From: Patescibacteria group bacterium
GTDB taxonomy: Bacteria > Patescibacteriota > Patescibacteriia > UBA9934
Length of the DNA stretch: 64,000 nt
Direction: 5' to 3'
NCBI GenBank assembly: GCA_041660165.1
Contig: JBAZWW010000003.1
Coordinates: 4,352-68,351, forward strand
The first letter of the stretch is position 1. Every line of letters starts with the position of its first letter. The notes beneath the pieces are model-generated. The model saw only the letters and a program-made list of their open reading frames with translations, searched no databases and was not told the origin of the DNA. Positions 10,296 through 20,434 of the stretch are shown piece after piece. The translations under genes were made by a program, and so were the position numbers.

Positions 10296-11414
10296 ATGCA
10301 ACCTGAAATTATCATCGTTATTATACTTCTCTTAGGACTTATTGGTGCAGTTATTGCGCTATATTTGAAGCTCAGCAATTCGTCCCAGTCGAAATCAGTC
10401 AGTGATCTCACCACTCGCCTCCAAGAAATGCGCGAGGAGCTCCAGCGTTCGCATTTTGAATCACGCACGGAGATGCAAATGCAATTGACTCGAGTGAATG
10501 ACAATGTTTACAAAGGACTGTCCGACTCACAGAAAACAATTCAGTCGCAATTCTCGCAGACATCGAAAATTATTGAGGACATCACCGCTAAACTGACCAC
10601 ACTTGATAACACGAACAAACAGGTGCTGGATTTTTCGTCGCAGTTGCAGAGCTTGCAAAACATTTTAAAGAATCCGAAACAGCGCGGAGTAGTTGGCGAG
10701 TATTGGCTGGAGGCATTACTCGGCAACGTTCTGCCAAAAGACTCCTATCAGATGCAGTATCACATGGGCACGGATGAAAATACCGGCAAGGAGCTCATTG
10801 CTGACGCAGTAATTTTCATTCGCGATCAAATCATTCCTATTGATGCAAAGTTTTCCTTGGAAAATTACAATCGCATCATGGAGGAACAAGATGCGGTGAA
10901 GCGCGAGCAGCTTGAAAAGGATTTGAAGACAGACATCAAGCTTCGGATTGATGAAACTGCAAAATACATCCAGCCACAGAAGGGGACCATGAATTTTTCG
11001 TTCATGTTTTTACCGGCAGAAGGCGTCTATTACAACTTGATGAATGCGGAGATAGGCAGTGGAATCAATAGCCGGAGCCTCATTGAGTATGCATTCGCAA
11101 AACACGTCATGATCGTCTCGCCTACGTCTTTCTTCGCGTATTTACAAACGGTCTTGCTTGGCATGCGTGAATTACAACTAGAAAAATCAACGCAGGATAT
11201 TTTGAAGCGCGTGGCAGATCTTGGGAAACATGTCCGTTCATATGCCGAGTGTCATGACAAAATCGGCAAACAACTCGCTACGGTAGTGGGGAACTACAAC
11301 GTCTCATCAAACGAGCTCAAAAAAGTCCACAAGGACGCGCTAAAAATTACTTCGGGCGACATGGATGATTTGATCGAGGTAGAACTCGTTGAGAAACCAC
11401 TACTTGAGGGGTAA
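10296..11414 (+). CDS. rmuC: DNA recombination protein RmuC
   Basis: N-terminal TM, coiled coil, 'NPKQRG..GE..LE', 'IDAKF', 'MFLPAEG', 'VSPTS' motifs. Confidence 0.9.
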   Translation: MQPEIIIVIILLLGLIGAVIALYLKLSNSSQSKSVSDLTTRLQEMREELQRSHFESRTEMQMQLTRVNDNVYKGLSDSQKTIQSQFSQTSKIIEDITAKLTTLDNTNKQVLDFSSQLQSLQNILKNPKQRGVVGEYWLEALLGNVLPKDSYQMQYHMGTDENTGKELIADAVIFIRDQIIPIDAKFSLENYNRIMEEQDAVKREQLEKDLKTDIKLRIDETAKYIQPQKGTMNFSFMFLPAEGVYYNLMNAEIGSGINSRSLIEYAFAKHVMIVSPTSFFAYLQTVLLGMRELQLEKSTQDILKRVADLGKHVRSYAECHDKIGKQLATVVGNYNVSSNELKKVHKDALKITSGDMDDLIEVELVEKPLLEG

Positions 11415-11415
11415 T

Positions 11416-11543
11416 GTAGATTGACACAGATCAATGCGCGGGACAGATTTTACACAGATTACAAAAGCGCAGGATCGCTCCCGCGCTTTTTGCATCTGAT
11501 CTGTGACAATCTGTCGCACCATTCGAGATCTATGTAAATCTAC
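11416..11543. repeat. ACACAGAT/ATCTGTG palindromic element enclosing a bidirectional terminator
   Basis: GTAGATTGACACAGATC...GATCTATGTAAATCTAC outer arms; central AAAAGCGC..GCGCTTTT hairpin 11463-11491 between convergent rmuC and rpsT. Confidence 0.7.
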
Positions 11544-11546
11544 TAC

Positions 11547-11813
11547 TTACTTCTTCGCTTTTGCCAGCGCTTTCATGGCTCGGCTCTTCACACGGTCAAC
11601 GGTGTTGGCTTTCATGAGGTTCTTACCGGCGGCCTTGTCCAAAACCTGGTTCAAATCGGCCATGAGCTTCTCTGCTTCTGCAAACTTTTTCTCTTCAAGC
11701 AATTTACGGAAGCTCCTTCGAATGTACTCAATCTTGGCGCGTCCATTGGCATTTCTCTCAGCACGTACCAGGGCCTGACGGAACGCTTTCTTCGCATTAT
11801 CCAAATTTGGCAT
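11547..11813 (-). CDS. rpsT: 30S ribosomal protein S20
   Basis: MPNLDNAKKAFRQ...LDKAAGKNLMKANTVDRVKSR; TTGACT-17-TATATT promoter upstream. Confidence 0.92.
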   Translation of the reverse strand: MPNLDNAKKAFRQALVRAERNANGRAKIEYIRRSFRKLLEEKKFAEAEKLMADLNQVLDKAAGKNLMKANTVDRVKSRAMKALAKAKK

Positions 11814-11929
11814 AGATTTTCTTACGGTCGCATTGGCGCCGTAGCAGTCGAGACGATGCTCGACCAGTGATTTAGTGAGGGGAATATAGCGGAAAAGGGC
11901 AGGTGAGTCAAGAAACCCTGGCCCCAATT

Positions 11930-11953
11930 CTACCCCTCCTCACGTCGGGGTGG
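11930..11953. repeat. REP-like repeat, variant B (CTACCCCTCCTCACGTCGGGGTGG)
   Basis: Recurs at ~16345 and in the 33617-33710 doublet. Confidence 0.6.
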
Positions 11954-11987
11954 AAAACTGAAACCCGCACATGGAACTGGTAAACAA

Positions 11988-12959
11988 CTAAATCAGCCAC
12001 TCGCTCACCAAGCGATCAACGGAAATATCTGATTTGATGCCAGATTTCATGCCAAGGTCTAGTTTTTGGGCGAGTTCGTGGGTTTTAGTGAGATCGGCCA
12101 TGGTCCAGGCTCTTACCTCGCCCAGGAGTTTTTGCGCCACAAATGGGTGAACGGATAGGGAAGTGGCGATGTCCTGTTTTTGCGCCGTAGGCTTTTCGTC
12201 TAGGACTGCTCGCGCTTGGAGCAAAAGTCGAACTTGCCGAAGTAACATGCCGAACAGTTGAAAATCCTCCGCGCCTGCTTTTCTCTCGGCAAATAACTTT
12301 TCAAGGGCTTTTCGAGGAACCGGCGAGGCGAGCGCATCCATAAAACCAAAGATATCGGCCTCATAATCCGTTCGCACCAGGAGATCAACCATCTCCATGG
12401 TCACAGATTCCTTTCCGGCATAGGCCGAGAGTTTATGAAGCTCGGCGTCTGTTCTCCAAGCATCGTCCTTCGTGCGTCGCAGGATTTCGTCGAGGATACT
12501 CGGCGCCATGACGAGTCCAAGTTTCACCACACGCTCGCGCGCCCAGGCTACAAGCTCGGCGCCCGCGAGTCTTGGCAGGGGGTAGGTGTGCACGTTCGGC
12601 AACGTCGATAATGTTTTGCCGAGTTCTTTTTTATCAAAAGCCTCTGGAGCCAAGTCGTCGAGAAAAATCACCACACTCGACTCCGGCGTCCTCGTGAATC
12701 CCTCGATCCACGGTTTTGACTCGGCCTTGGTAATGGCCTCGACCAAGTTATGAATGACGACCAGTCGTTTCTCGGACAAAAACGGCGAGGCTTGAACGGC
12801 CTGCATAATCGGCCCCGGCTCAAGATCTGCCTTGGTCCCAACTACAAATTCATCCACGTTCATACCAGTGGGATCGTATTTCTCCAGGAATTTCTGTTTG
12901 AGATCATCCGCGCGCTCCTTTACCCGCAAATGATCATCACCGTAGACAAAAAGCAACAT
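11988..12959 (-). CDS. holA: DNA polymerase III delta subunit
   Basis: MLLFVYGDD, 'PFLSEKRLVVI', 'EL.KL..Y', 'HPFVAQK'; adjacent to rpsT. Confidence 0.9.
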   Translation of the reverse strand: MLLFVYGDDHLRVKERADDLKQKFLEKYDPTGMNVDEFVVGTKADLEPGPIMQAVQASPFLSEKRLVVIHNLVEAITKAESKPWIEGFTRTPESSVVIFLDDLAPEAFDKKELGKTLSTLPNVHTYPLPRLAGAELVAWARERVVKLGLVMAPSILDEILRRTKDDAWRTDAELHKLSAYAGKESVTMEMVDLLVRTDYEADIFGFMDALASPVPRKALEKLFAERKAGAEDFQLFGMLLRQVRLLLQARAVLDEKPTAQKQDIATSLSVHPFVAQKLLGEVRAWTMADLTKTHELAQKLDLGMKSGIKSDISVDRLVSEWLI

Positions 12960-13070
12960 ATGGCTGTAGGAGTCGACCCATGCGTCGACCCAACTGGTCA
13001 TATGAAAACACGTTTGACCGAGAAGGGGAAGACGGGATAGGGTGGTCTTCGTTCACCCCTTGGAGGTTTC

Positions 13071-13721
13071 ATGGCCCTGTCAGACGTTGAGGTTCGCCGG
13101 CTCCTTGCGGACTTAAGCGCGCGCCGGGCCACGGTCCGGGCGCTCTATGAGAACGGCATGGCGTTGATTGATATCATTGACGTCATGTGTTCTCTCGGTT
13201 CATCAGCCACCACCACGCGCCGGGATATCACACTCGCAAAGGAAACCTGCGATGCCGAGTACGATGATGCAACCTTTGCCAGACTTCTCGTGCTCCTGGC
13301 CATTCTGACGGTGAATGGGGAGTTCGATGATATGAGTGAGGATGCCGTTGCCCTGTGCCGGGAGGCGCTTGAGGAGTTTTTCCACCTCCGCAGATACCTC
13401 GGATTCATACAGGGATCCGTAAGAACTGCTGGTCTGGAGCGCGGAATAAACGCACACGCCGGAGATCCTCAAGTAATTTGGTTCAAAGCACTGTTAGGCA
13501 TCCTGAAACGCTGGGGCGAAGAAGAGACTGCCTCCAATGCGACGCATGAATTGGAATTAGAGGTCTGCAGAGTTTGCATCCTGGCCGTAGAAGAACAAAT
13601 AGCAGAAAGAGCGAAAGAGGCCTCCCTCAAGACCGCGGGAGAGAAACCATCGCAAGCCGATATTCACGATGCCATCGTCAAACTGGCTATCCTCGGGGCA
13701 GGAGAAACCGGAGAGGCGTGA
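13071..13721 (+). CDS. Hypothetical protein, possible N-terminal HTH
   Basis: GGAGG RBS, own TTGACC promoter candidate, hairpin at 13736-13767; 'RRATVRALY..G...TTRRDI' HTH-like. Confidence 0.6.
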   Translation: MALSDVEVRRLLADLSARRATVRALYENGMALIDIIDVMCSLGSSATTTRRDITLAKETCDAEYDDATFARLLVLLAILTVNGEFDDMSEDAVALCREALEEFFHLRRYLGFIQGSVRTAGLERGINAHAGDPQVIWFKALLGILKRWGEEETASNATHELELEVCRVCILAVEEQIAERAKEASLKTAGEKPSQADIHDAIVKLAILGAGETGEA

Positions 13722-13807
13722 GGGACAATCGTCATGATACGCCGGGCCCGCGGGGACCGGCGTATCGTTGTTTTTATACTCGGCCAACGTGTACAATTTG
13801 GATAACT

Positions 13808-14326
13808 ATGCATCCCATCATTGCCATTGTGGCCCCAAGCGGGGCCGGGAAGACCACGCTGATTGATAGAGCAATTGCCCGGCTCCCGGACAAAATTGGC
13901 CGAATAATTTCTTTCACTACCAGGCCTCAAAGAACCGAGGCAGACACACTGTGGTATGAATTTGTTTCTCGCGAAGAAGTCGAAAAACGAAAAACTGCCG
14001 GCCTAGTGGTGCAACTTATCGAGTTCAATGGCCACATCTACGGCACCGATCGTCCGCATATAAAGCAGGTTCTCGAACATAAAATCGGCATCCTCGCCGT
14101 AGTCGAACACGGCATTCAAACCTACATTGACGCCGGCATTCCGCTCATTGTCATCAAACTAGAACCCAAAGGCTTTACCCAGCCAGCAAGCCGAATAGCA
14201 GCTGACGAACTCCGCGCCCGAATCCCAATCCACATTGATAAAACCATCAAAAACGACTTTGCCCTCGGCGGATTAGAAAAAGCAACTGAGGAACTGGTGA
14301 GCTACATCGAGTCGTTGTCATCCTGA
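13808..14326 (+). CDS. gmk: Guanylate kinase-like protein
   Basis: APSGAGKTT P-loop, SFTTRPQR, YEFVS, GHIYGT. Confidence 0.8.
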   Translation: MHPIIAIVAPSGAGKTTLIDRAIARLPDKIGRIISFTTRPQRTEADTLWYEFVSREEVEKRKTAGLVVQLIEFNGHIYGTDRPHIKQVLEHKIGILAVVEHGIQTYIDAGIPLIVIKLEPKGFTQPASRIAADELRARIPIHIDKTIKNDFALGGLEKATEELVSYIESLSS

Positions 14327-14356
14327 GGCCGTCCGACGGCCGAAGGATCTGATTGG
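14316..14356. repeat. REP-like repeat, variant A; supplies the gmk stop codon
   Basis: TGTCATCCTGAGGCCGTCCGACGGCCGAAGGATCTGATTGG. Confidence 0.7.
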
Positions 14357-14415
14357 TCAAAATTACAAACGGCCCAGGGACGATTTCCCCGAGCCGCTAC
14401 ACGATATACGTCTGT

Positions 14416-14871
14416 TCATTTTGGGACACGAAATGTGACTGGAGGATGGTAATCTTTTGATATATTTACCCACCGCCCATCCTCGTATCCAAGCGCGTGT
14501 TTAGGGAGCTCAGAAACCTGTATCGGGCCGACAATCGCAATAGGTTCGTGTCCTGGAGGGTTGAATCCCTTCCAAGTACTACCAAGGATCGCGATGTAGC
14601 CGCATGTCGTAGGTCGATCATCATTATCCACGATAATGACCAGACGTTCATTCCACGCCACCTTGGGCAGTGAGTTGAACGCTTCAACCGGGACTCGTAC
14701 GCCATTGATGATTCGGTACATGTCGATACCGCCAAAATCCTTATTTACAACTTCAACACTGGCACGAATTGCTCCTTCCGGCATATTTCCTTCCAGCGTT
14801 TCGACGATATCGGCACGGCCATTAATCGCTACAACCTTAAATTGCGGCATGTTGCTCACCCAAGGTTTCAA
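14416..14871 (-). CDS. Hypothetical protein
   Basis: 151-aa ORF downstream of 14945-15361 on same strand, followed by a hairpin; start uncertain. Confidence 0.55.
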   Translation of the reverse strand: MKPWVSNMPQFKVVAINGRADIVETLEGNMPEGAIRASVEVVNKDFGGIDMYRIINGVRVPVEAFNSLPKVAWNERLVIIVDNDDRPTTCGYIAILGSTWKGFNPPGHEPIAIVGPIQVSELPKHALGYEDGRWVNISKDYHPPVTFRVPK

Positions 14872-14944
14872 TTGACCCGCAGAACCGCCGAAACATTCAG
14901 CAGTTCTGGTGGGGGCGCAAGCCGAGCTTGCGCCAGGGGAAGAA

Positions 14945-15361
14945 TCAGCGAAGCTTCAAGGCTCCTTTCTGATACAACTCCGCGATCGCGCGTTCGATTT
15001 CGCCGCGCATCTCGGGCGGGGTCTCGAGACGGAAGGCAGTAGACTTCCAACCGGTGACCCAACCGTCGGCGCTGATCTGGCCGGCGGCAGTCACCGAGTA
15101 GTTACACCGGCCGTACTGCTCCATGGAAATGGTGTGGATCTTCGATCGCGCGTCATCGATCGACTCAGCCCGCATCTTGAACGCGGCGTAGAGCTCCGAG
15201 TGATCGTTGATCGGCCCGATCACGAGCTGACCGTCAACGACGAGAAACTTATATGCGCAGTTTCGATCGTTCCAGACGAGTCCGTCCAACGTTTCGCAAA
15301 AAGTCTTGATGACCCCAAGCGCACAGACTCTATCGATGCCCTCGAGAATGGCAATATTCAC
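14945..15361 (-). CDS. Hypothetical protein
   Basis: GGAGG-4nt-GTG start at 15361; divergent from TrmB regulator. Confidence 0.6.
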   Translation of the reverse strand: MNIAILEGIDRVCALGVIKTFCETLDGLVWNDRNCAYKFLVVDGQLVIGPINDHSELYAAFKMRAESIDDARSKIHTISMEQYGRCNYSVTAAGQISADGWVTGWKSTAFRLETPPEMRGEIERAIAELYQKGALKLR

Positions 15362-15518
15362 GTGTCCTCCAAGAAGTGGATGCGTCGACTGATCTGGGCG
15401 ATCGTCAACTGAGCACAATACACGCGGGTTACACTATTGTCAATCACGTTTGGCTTAGACTAGCCATGATTTGACATGATGTAATGGGTATGTTTACAAT
15501 GTACTCAAATACCCCTCT

Positions 15519-16292
15519 ATGCTTAGCCAAAACGAAGTGCAGGAAATTGTGACAGATTCATTGAAGAAACTGGGGGTAGGGGAGCAAGAGGGAAGGCTGT
15601 ACATTCTTTCGCTCAAAGTTGGGCCGGCGTCCGTGGCCACGCTCGCCACACAGCTCGGCGTATCCCGCCCGCAGGCGTATAAGCTCATTGGCGAGCTGGA
15701 AAAGTTCGGTTTGGCTAATTATTCGGGGAGAAAAAAGTTTTCGCGCACATTTATTGTTGAATCGCCGTCCAAGCTTCAAGAACTCCTGCGCAAACATCAG
15801 CAACTGACCGTCCAAACAGATCAGCGTCTCACCTTTTCGATGCCTGATCTCCTTGCCATGTACCAACAGGGCGAATTGCCGACTTCGGTTCGAATAATTC
15901 AAGACAAAGAAAACTTCCTAAAGCTCTTTTTCCAAACGATTGAAGAAACGAACGAATCCTGCTGGCTTGGCTCTGCGCACGACTTTATTGGCTTCATTTC
16001 TTGGGCAGAGGAGCGAAAATGGATCGCCGAACGGATTCGACGAGCCGTGCGCGTTCGGGTGTTGCTCCTGCCGAGTGAGGAAGCCGAAGGCTTCAAGAAA
16101 ACTGACGCCGAAGAATTCCGCGAGACTCGAATCCTCGATGATGCCGAACCGTTTGAAACTCTCTATCAAGTCTTTGCCAACAAAATAATCATGTGGCAAC
16201 CAAAAACACCCGTCGCCATTCTTATTGAGGATGAATACCTCGCCAAGATGATGAAGAGTGTTTTCGAGTTATTGTGGGCGCGGGCGAAGTGA
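15519..16292 (+). CDS. TrmB-family HTH transcriptional regulator
   Basis: 'LKKLG....E..LY..SL..GP.SV..LA..LGVSR..AY' wHTH plus C-terminal sensor domain. Confidence 0.85.
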   Translation: MLSQNEVQEIVTDSLKKLGVGEQEGRLYILSLKVGPASVATLATQLGVSRPQAYKLIGELEKFGLANYSGRKKFSRTFIVESPSKLQELLRKHQQLTVQTDQRLTFSMPDLLAMYQQGELPTSVRIIQDKENFLKLFFQTIEETNESCWLGSAHDFIGFISWAEERKWIAERIRRAVRVRVLLLPSEEAEGFKKTDAEEFRETRILDDAEPFETLYQVFANKIIMWQPKTPVAILIEDEYLAKMMKSVFELLWARAK

Positions 16293-16344
16293 CGCTAGCC
16301 TCATCCCGCTCTACTTGGCAATCCCATCCCGAATGGCATCCTTG

Positions 16345-16455
16345 CTACCCCTCCTCGCGTCGGGGTGGGAACCACTAGTGATCGCCTCATCCTGATTACC
16401 AATCAGATCCTTCGCTCCGCTCAGGATGACAACATGCGCATGGCTCAGAATGACT
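16345..16455. repeat. Cluster of REP-like repeats (variant B, variant A and a remnant)
   Basis: CTACCCCTCCTCGCGTCGGGGTGG; CCAATCAGATCCTTCGCTCCGCTCAGGATGACA; GCTCAGAATGAC. Confidence 0.7.
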
Positions 16456-19097
16456 CATTCAATCTCCCCCCATCTCTTTCCAGTAGCCGTATCAACTACA
16501 AGCGGGATTTCCAGCCTTACTACGTCAGCCATCAGCTTTGGTACCTCGGCTTTCACGGCCTCAACGTCATCATGGTGAACTTCGAACACGAGTTCATCAT
16601 GCACCTGAAGGAGCATCTTCACGCGCAGTTTGCTTGATCTGATCCATTTATCAATTTTGATCATGGCCATTTTGATGATGTCTGCGTTTGTTCCCTGAAC
16701 CGGCATGTTCATGGCCATTCTTTCACTCGACGCAACCAGCTGGGGCATGCCCGATTGAATATCCGGCAAGTATCTCCTTCGACCGAACATCGTCTCGACA
16801 TATCCATCAACTCGCGCCTTCATCTTCGACGCATCAATAAACGCAGCGATGCCCGGATGGACCGCAAAGTATCTGTCGATGAAGTCCTTCGCTTCTTCAT
16901 AGCTCATGCCGATCCGGCGAGACAATGCTCGCGCACCTACGCCGTAAAGAATTGAAAAATTCGTGGCCTTCGCCGCCTCGCGCTGTTCCTTTGTCACCTT
17001 GTCTTCGTCGATGCCGAGAATATCGGCCGCGGTTCGGCGATGGATGTCAGCTCCTTCCTTAAAGGCTTTCAAAAATGGCTCGTCTTGGGCGAGCACAGCC
17101 GCAAGTCGAAGCTCAATCTGCGAATAATCGGCCGAGAGAAGTACATATCCTCGATCAGCAATGAAGGCGCTCCGGATCTCACGTCCAAGCTCAGACCGGA
17201 CCGGAATGTTCTGCACGTTCGGATTCATTGAGGACAAGCGTCCAGTAGCGGCAACGGTTTGGTTAAACGTCGTGTGAATTCTGCCATCCTTCGCCACAAG
17301 TTGTGGCAGGGAATCAGCGTAAGTGCTCTTGAGCTTCGCGATCTCTCGGTACTCGCCGACAAGCGGAATGATCTCATGCTCGTCCTCAAGTTTTTCAAGC
17401 TCTGGCGCCGCCGTCGAAAATCCGGTCTTCGTCTTCTTGATACCCTTCGTCGGCAAGCCGAGGTCTATGAACAAAATGTCAGCGAGTTGAGAAGGGGATT
17501 GGATGTTGAAATCCCTACCAGCGAGCTTATGAATCTTCGTTGTCAGCTTGCCGAGGGTTTTCTCAAACTCGCTTGAAAGCGAAACAAGCTTTTCCTGATC
17601 AACCGCGATGCCATCAAGCTCCATCTGGAACAACACCGGGATCAACGGCATTTCAATCTCCTCGAAAAGTTTCTGCATCCCCTCAGCCTTCACTTTCTTT
17701 TCAAGTTTTTCTTTTAAATGAATCAGGTGCGGAGCAAGCTCGTCAATCGGCGCATCCTCGGTTAGCTGTTGGCCGAGTGTCTCATTAATGACTTCGACGA
17801 ATGCAAGCTCGCGACCTCCTGGCGCCAAGAGATAGGCTGCCACCATAGTGTCGAAGATCGTTTTCGACCGAAGTTCGGCGAGCACATCAATGCCCATTTT
17901 CTGAAACACGTGATACGTAGCCTTGAGATCATGACCGATAATCATGTCCGCCCGCGAAAGCACCGCCATCACTCGCCGGGCTTCCTCCGCATTCACCTGA
18001 CTGCTCTTCCAATAGTGGTGCCCATCCGTCAGCACAATGCCGAGTGGCGATACCCCAAACAAATCCTGCTGTCCCTCCTGCAACAGAATCCCGATCTGCG
18101 AGAGATCAAGCTCGTTCAGCTCCTTCACGGCTTTTTTTCCGGCGGATCCGGGTCCGGCTTTGCCGAAAACTTTTTCAACTTTTTCAACTATCCCCGCCTC
18201 GCCCTTCTCGTCTCCCTTCTCCTCATATTTCTGAACGAGCTTCTTAAACTCAAGCCCTCGAAACAGCTCAAGCAATTTCTGCACATCCGCCGGTTTCATC
18301 TCGGATTCCTCGTACGAAAACTCAGGAATTTTCATGTCGCGCACGATCGTTACCATCTTGCGCATGAGCTCGACATTTTTCTCCTGGCCATGAAACTTCT
18401 TTTCATACCTATGTTGCAACATGCCCTCATGAAGCGCCTTCATGATCCCATCAACAGTTTTGTAGGACGACAAAAGCTCGCCGGCACCCTTCTCACCTAT
18501 CCCCTCGATCCCTGGCAAGTTATCGGATGTGTCGCCGATCAAGGTTTTCAAGTCGATCAACTGGTTCGGATTCAAGTTATATCTACTCTGCACTGCCGTT
18601 ACGTCGTATAATTTCACCTCGGACAAACCTTTGACGAAGAAAACAACCTTCGTATTCGGTGAGACGAGTTGCAACGCATCAAGGTCACCGGTCACGATCA
18701 AGGTATCAATATCGCCCCGTTCCTCATTCATCGCCGAGACGGTGCCAAGGATGTCATCGCCCTCAAATCCTTTGACTGAAAGTGAAGGAATTCCGTACGC
18801 CGTAAGAATTTCCTGAATAATCGGAATCTGTGCGTACAATTCGTCCGCTTTCTTCTCTCGATGCGCCTTGTACGGCGCATAAGCAACGTTGCGAAACGTT
18901 CCACCCGGCAAATCCCAAGCCACAGCCATGTAATCCGGCTTGTAAGCACCGAGCATTTTCTCGATAACATTGGTAAAACCGTAAACGGCATTGACCACTC
19001 GACCATCCGCGGTCGTTAGTGGGGGAATGGCGTGCCAGGCTCGATGTAAGAGTGCATTACCGTCCAGAATCAAAAATGTTTTTCGTGGGTTTGACAT
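16455..19097 (-). CDS. polA: DNA polymerase I
   Basis: 5'-3' exonuclease (LDGNALLHRA, GDTSDNLPG) and polymerase motifs DYSQIELR, K..NF...YG, QVHDEL. Confidence 0.97.
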   Translation of the reverse strand: MSNPRKTFLILDGNALLHRAWHAIPPLTTADGRVVNAVYGFTNVIEKMLGAYKPDYMAVAWDLPGGTFRNVAYAPYKAHREKKADELYAQIPIIQEILTAYGIPSLSVKGFEGDDILGTVSAMNEERGDIDTLIVTGDLDALQLVSPNTKVVFFVKGLSEVKLYDVTAVQSRYNLNPNQLIDLKTLIGDTSDNLPGIEGIGEKGAGELLSSYKTVDGIMKALHEGMLQHRYEKKFHGQEKNVELMRKMVTIVRDMKIPEFSYEESEMKPADVQKLLELFRGLEFKKLVQKYEEKGDEKGEAGIVEKVEKVFGKAGPGSAGKKAVKELNELDLSQIGILLQEGQQDLFGVSPLGIVLTDGHHYWKSSQVNAEEARRVMAVLSRADMIIGHDLKATYHVFQKMGIDVLAELRSKTIFDTMVAAYLLAPGGRELAFVEVINETLGQQLTEDAPIDELAPHLIHLKEKLEKKVKAEGMQKLFEEIEMPLIPVLFQMELDGIAVDQEKLVSLSSEFEKTLGKLTTKIHKLAGRDFNIQSPSQLADILFIDLGLPTKGIKKTKTGFSTAAPELEKLEDEHEIIPLVGEYREIAKLKSTYADSLPQLVAKDGRIHTTFNQTVAATGRLSSMNPNVQNIPVRSELGREIRSAFIADRGYVLLSADYSQIELRLAAVLAQDEPFLKAFKEGADIHRRTAADILGIDEDKVTKEQREAAKATNFSILYGVGARALSRRIGMSYEEAKDFIDRYFAVHPGIAAFIDASKMKARVDGYVETMFGRRRYLPDIQSGMPQLVASSERMAMNMPVQGTNADIIKMAMIKIDKWIRSSKLRVKMLLQVHDELVFEVHHDDVEAVKAEVPKLMADVVRLEIPLVVDTATGKRWGEIE

Positions 19098-19132
19098 AGG
19101 GGCTTTAGTCTAGGAACATCATACGCGACTCT

Positions 19133-20383
19133 ATGGAAAACTTCGACGTGCTGATAGTTGGGGCGAGTTTCTCTGGGCTAACCTTAGCGCATCATCTTCC
19201 TCGTCATCTGCGAGTATTGATTGTCGATGCAAAACCAGGCGCCGGCAGTACTGTCGAATCCACTGGTTTAATCACCGAAAAAACCCGCGCCGAGTTTCTC
19301 TCGTTCTTTCCGATTGACCGGTATATTACTAATCCGATCAGCTCAATTTGCGTGGTCGCTCCTAATTTTACTGACCATTTCGTTTCAACGGTGAAGGAGC
19401 CGTGGATTTATCAAACAGATACCAAGGCGCTCATCCGATCACTCGCGGATACGCTCCCCCAAAATGTAACGCTCAAAACCTCGACGATTTATCTTACGAG
19501 TAATCGGCCCCACAATCCAACCTCAGCCACTATCCGAACACTCGGCCAGGAACCAGAAGAAATCGGCCTCAAGTTCCTCGTCGGAGCCGATGGGGGACAC
19601 TCGAAAGTTGCTTCGACGAATCTCACGCTCAGCAAAAATACCCGTTTTCTTTTTGGTTACGAGCAAGTTTTCTTTGGCGAGGTGTTACTCGGCCCAAAAC
19701 CCGCAGAAACAATTTTCCACTATTGGTTTGGCGAGTTCTCCCTCGGCTACGGTGGTTGGCTCTCGCCAACGGTTGTTGAAGGACGCAAAGCCTTCCGCAT
19801 CGGCCTCGCCAAGTTAATGAAAGACAGAGGTGAAGCCAAGGGCCTCATGGAATCCTTCATGAAAAAGTTAGTCGAGCTCGGTCATATTCGAGTAGAAGGC
19901 GAAATCACTGCACCTGGATACGTTTTCGGCTCGCATATCCCTCTCGGCGGTCCTCGGTTAAAAATTGCCGACGGCAATACGCTCTTGATAGGCGATGCCG
20001 CGGGATTCTGCGGAGCCTTCGCCGCTGACGGCATCAAAGGCTCGGTCATCTCCGGCAAAGAAGCCGCGCGAGTCATTGACGACTACCTGCAAGGAAGAAC
20101 CGAAGCCGTTCACACTTTGCGCCAACGCATGAACCAGCACGGCGGAATCATGAAATATTACGTCCGCCAGCTGGCCTACCGCTTCATCTGGGACCGCATG
20201 CGGACTGATCGCTCATTCACGGCCATGTTCGGGATCATCTCCGCCGAACACGAGTCCTTCCTGGAACAATTCTGCGACAGCAAAGACAAGCACCGCTCCC
20301 TAGCCTGGACCGTCTTGAAACCAAGACATGCCGAGAAACTGGCCAGGTATGCTTGGTATTTGATTTGCGATTTGGTGAAATAA
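19133..20383 (+). CDS. FAD-dependent oxidoreductase, geranylgeranyl-reductase family
   Basis: DVLIVGAS.SG Rossmann motif, VGADGGHS, LIGDAAG...DGI. Confidence 0.8.
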   Translation: MENFDVLIVGASFSGLTLAHHLPRHLRVLIVDAKPGAGSTVESTGLITEKTRAEFLSFFPIDRYITNPISSICVVAPNFTDHFVSTVKEPWIYQTDTKALIRSLADTLPQNVTLKTSTIYLTSNRPHNPTSATIRTLGQEPEEIGLKFLVGADGGHSKVASTNLTLSKNTRFLFGYEQVFFGEVLLGPKPAETIFHYWFGEFSLGYGGWLSPTVVEGRKAFRIGLAKLMKDRGEAKGLMESFMKKLVELGHIRVEGEITAPGYVFGSHIPLGGPRLKIADGNTLLIGDAAGFCGAFAADGIKGSVISGKEAARVIDDYLQGRTEAVHTLRQRMNQHGGIMKYYVRQLAYRFIWDRMRTDRSFTAMFGIISAEHESFLEQFCDSKDKHRSLAWTVLKPRHAEKLARYAWYLICDLVK

Positions 20384-20434
20384 AAACGAGAGGCCTGCAC
20401 ACGGTGCAAAGCCTCTCTTCGAGGTCCAAGGTAT

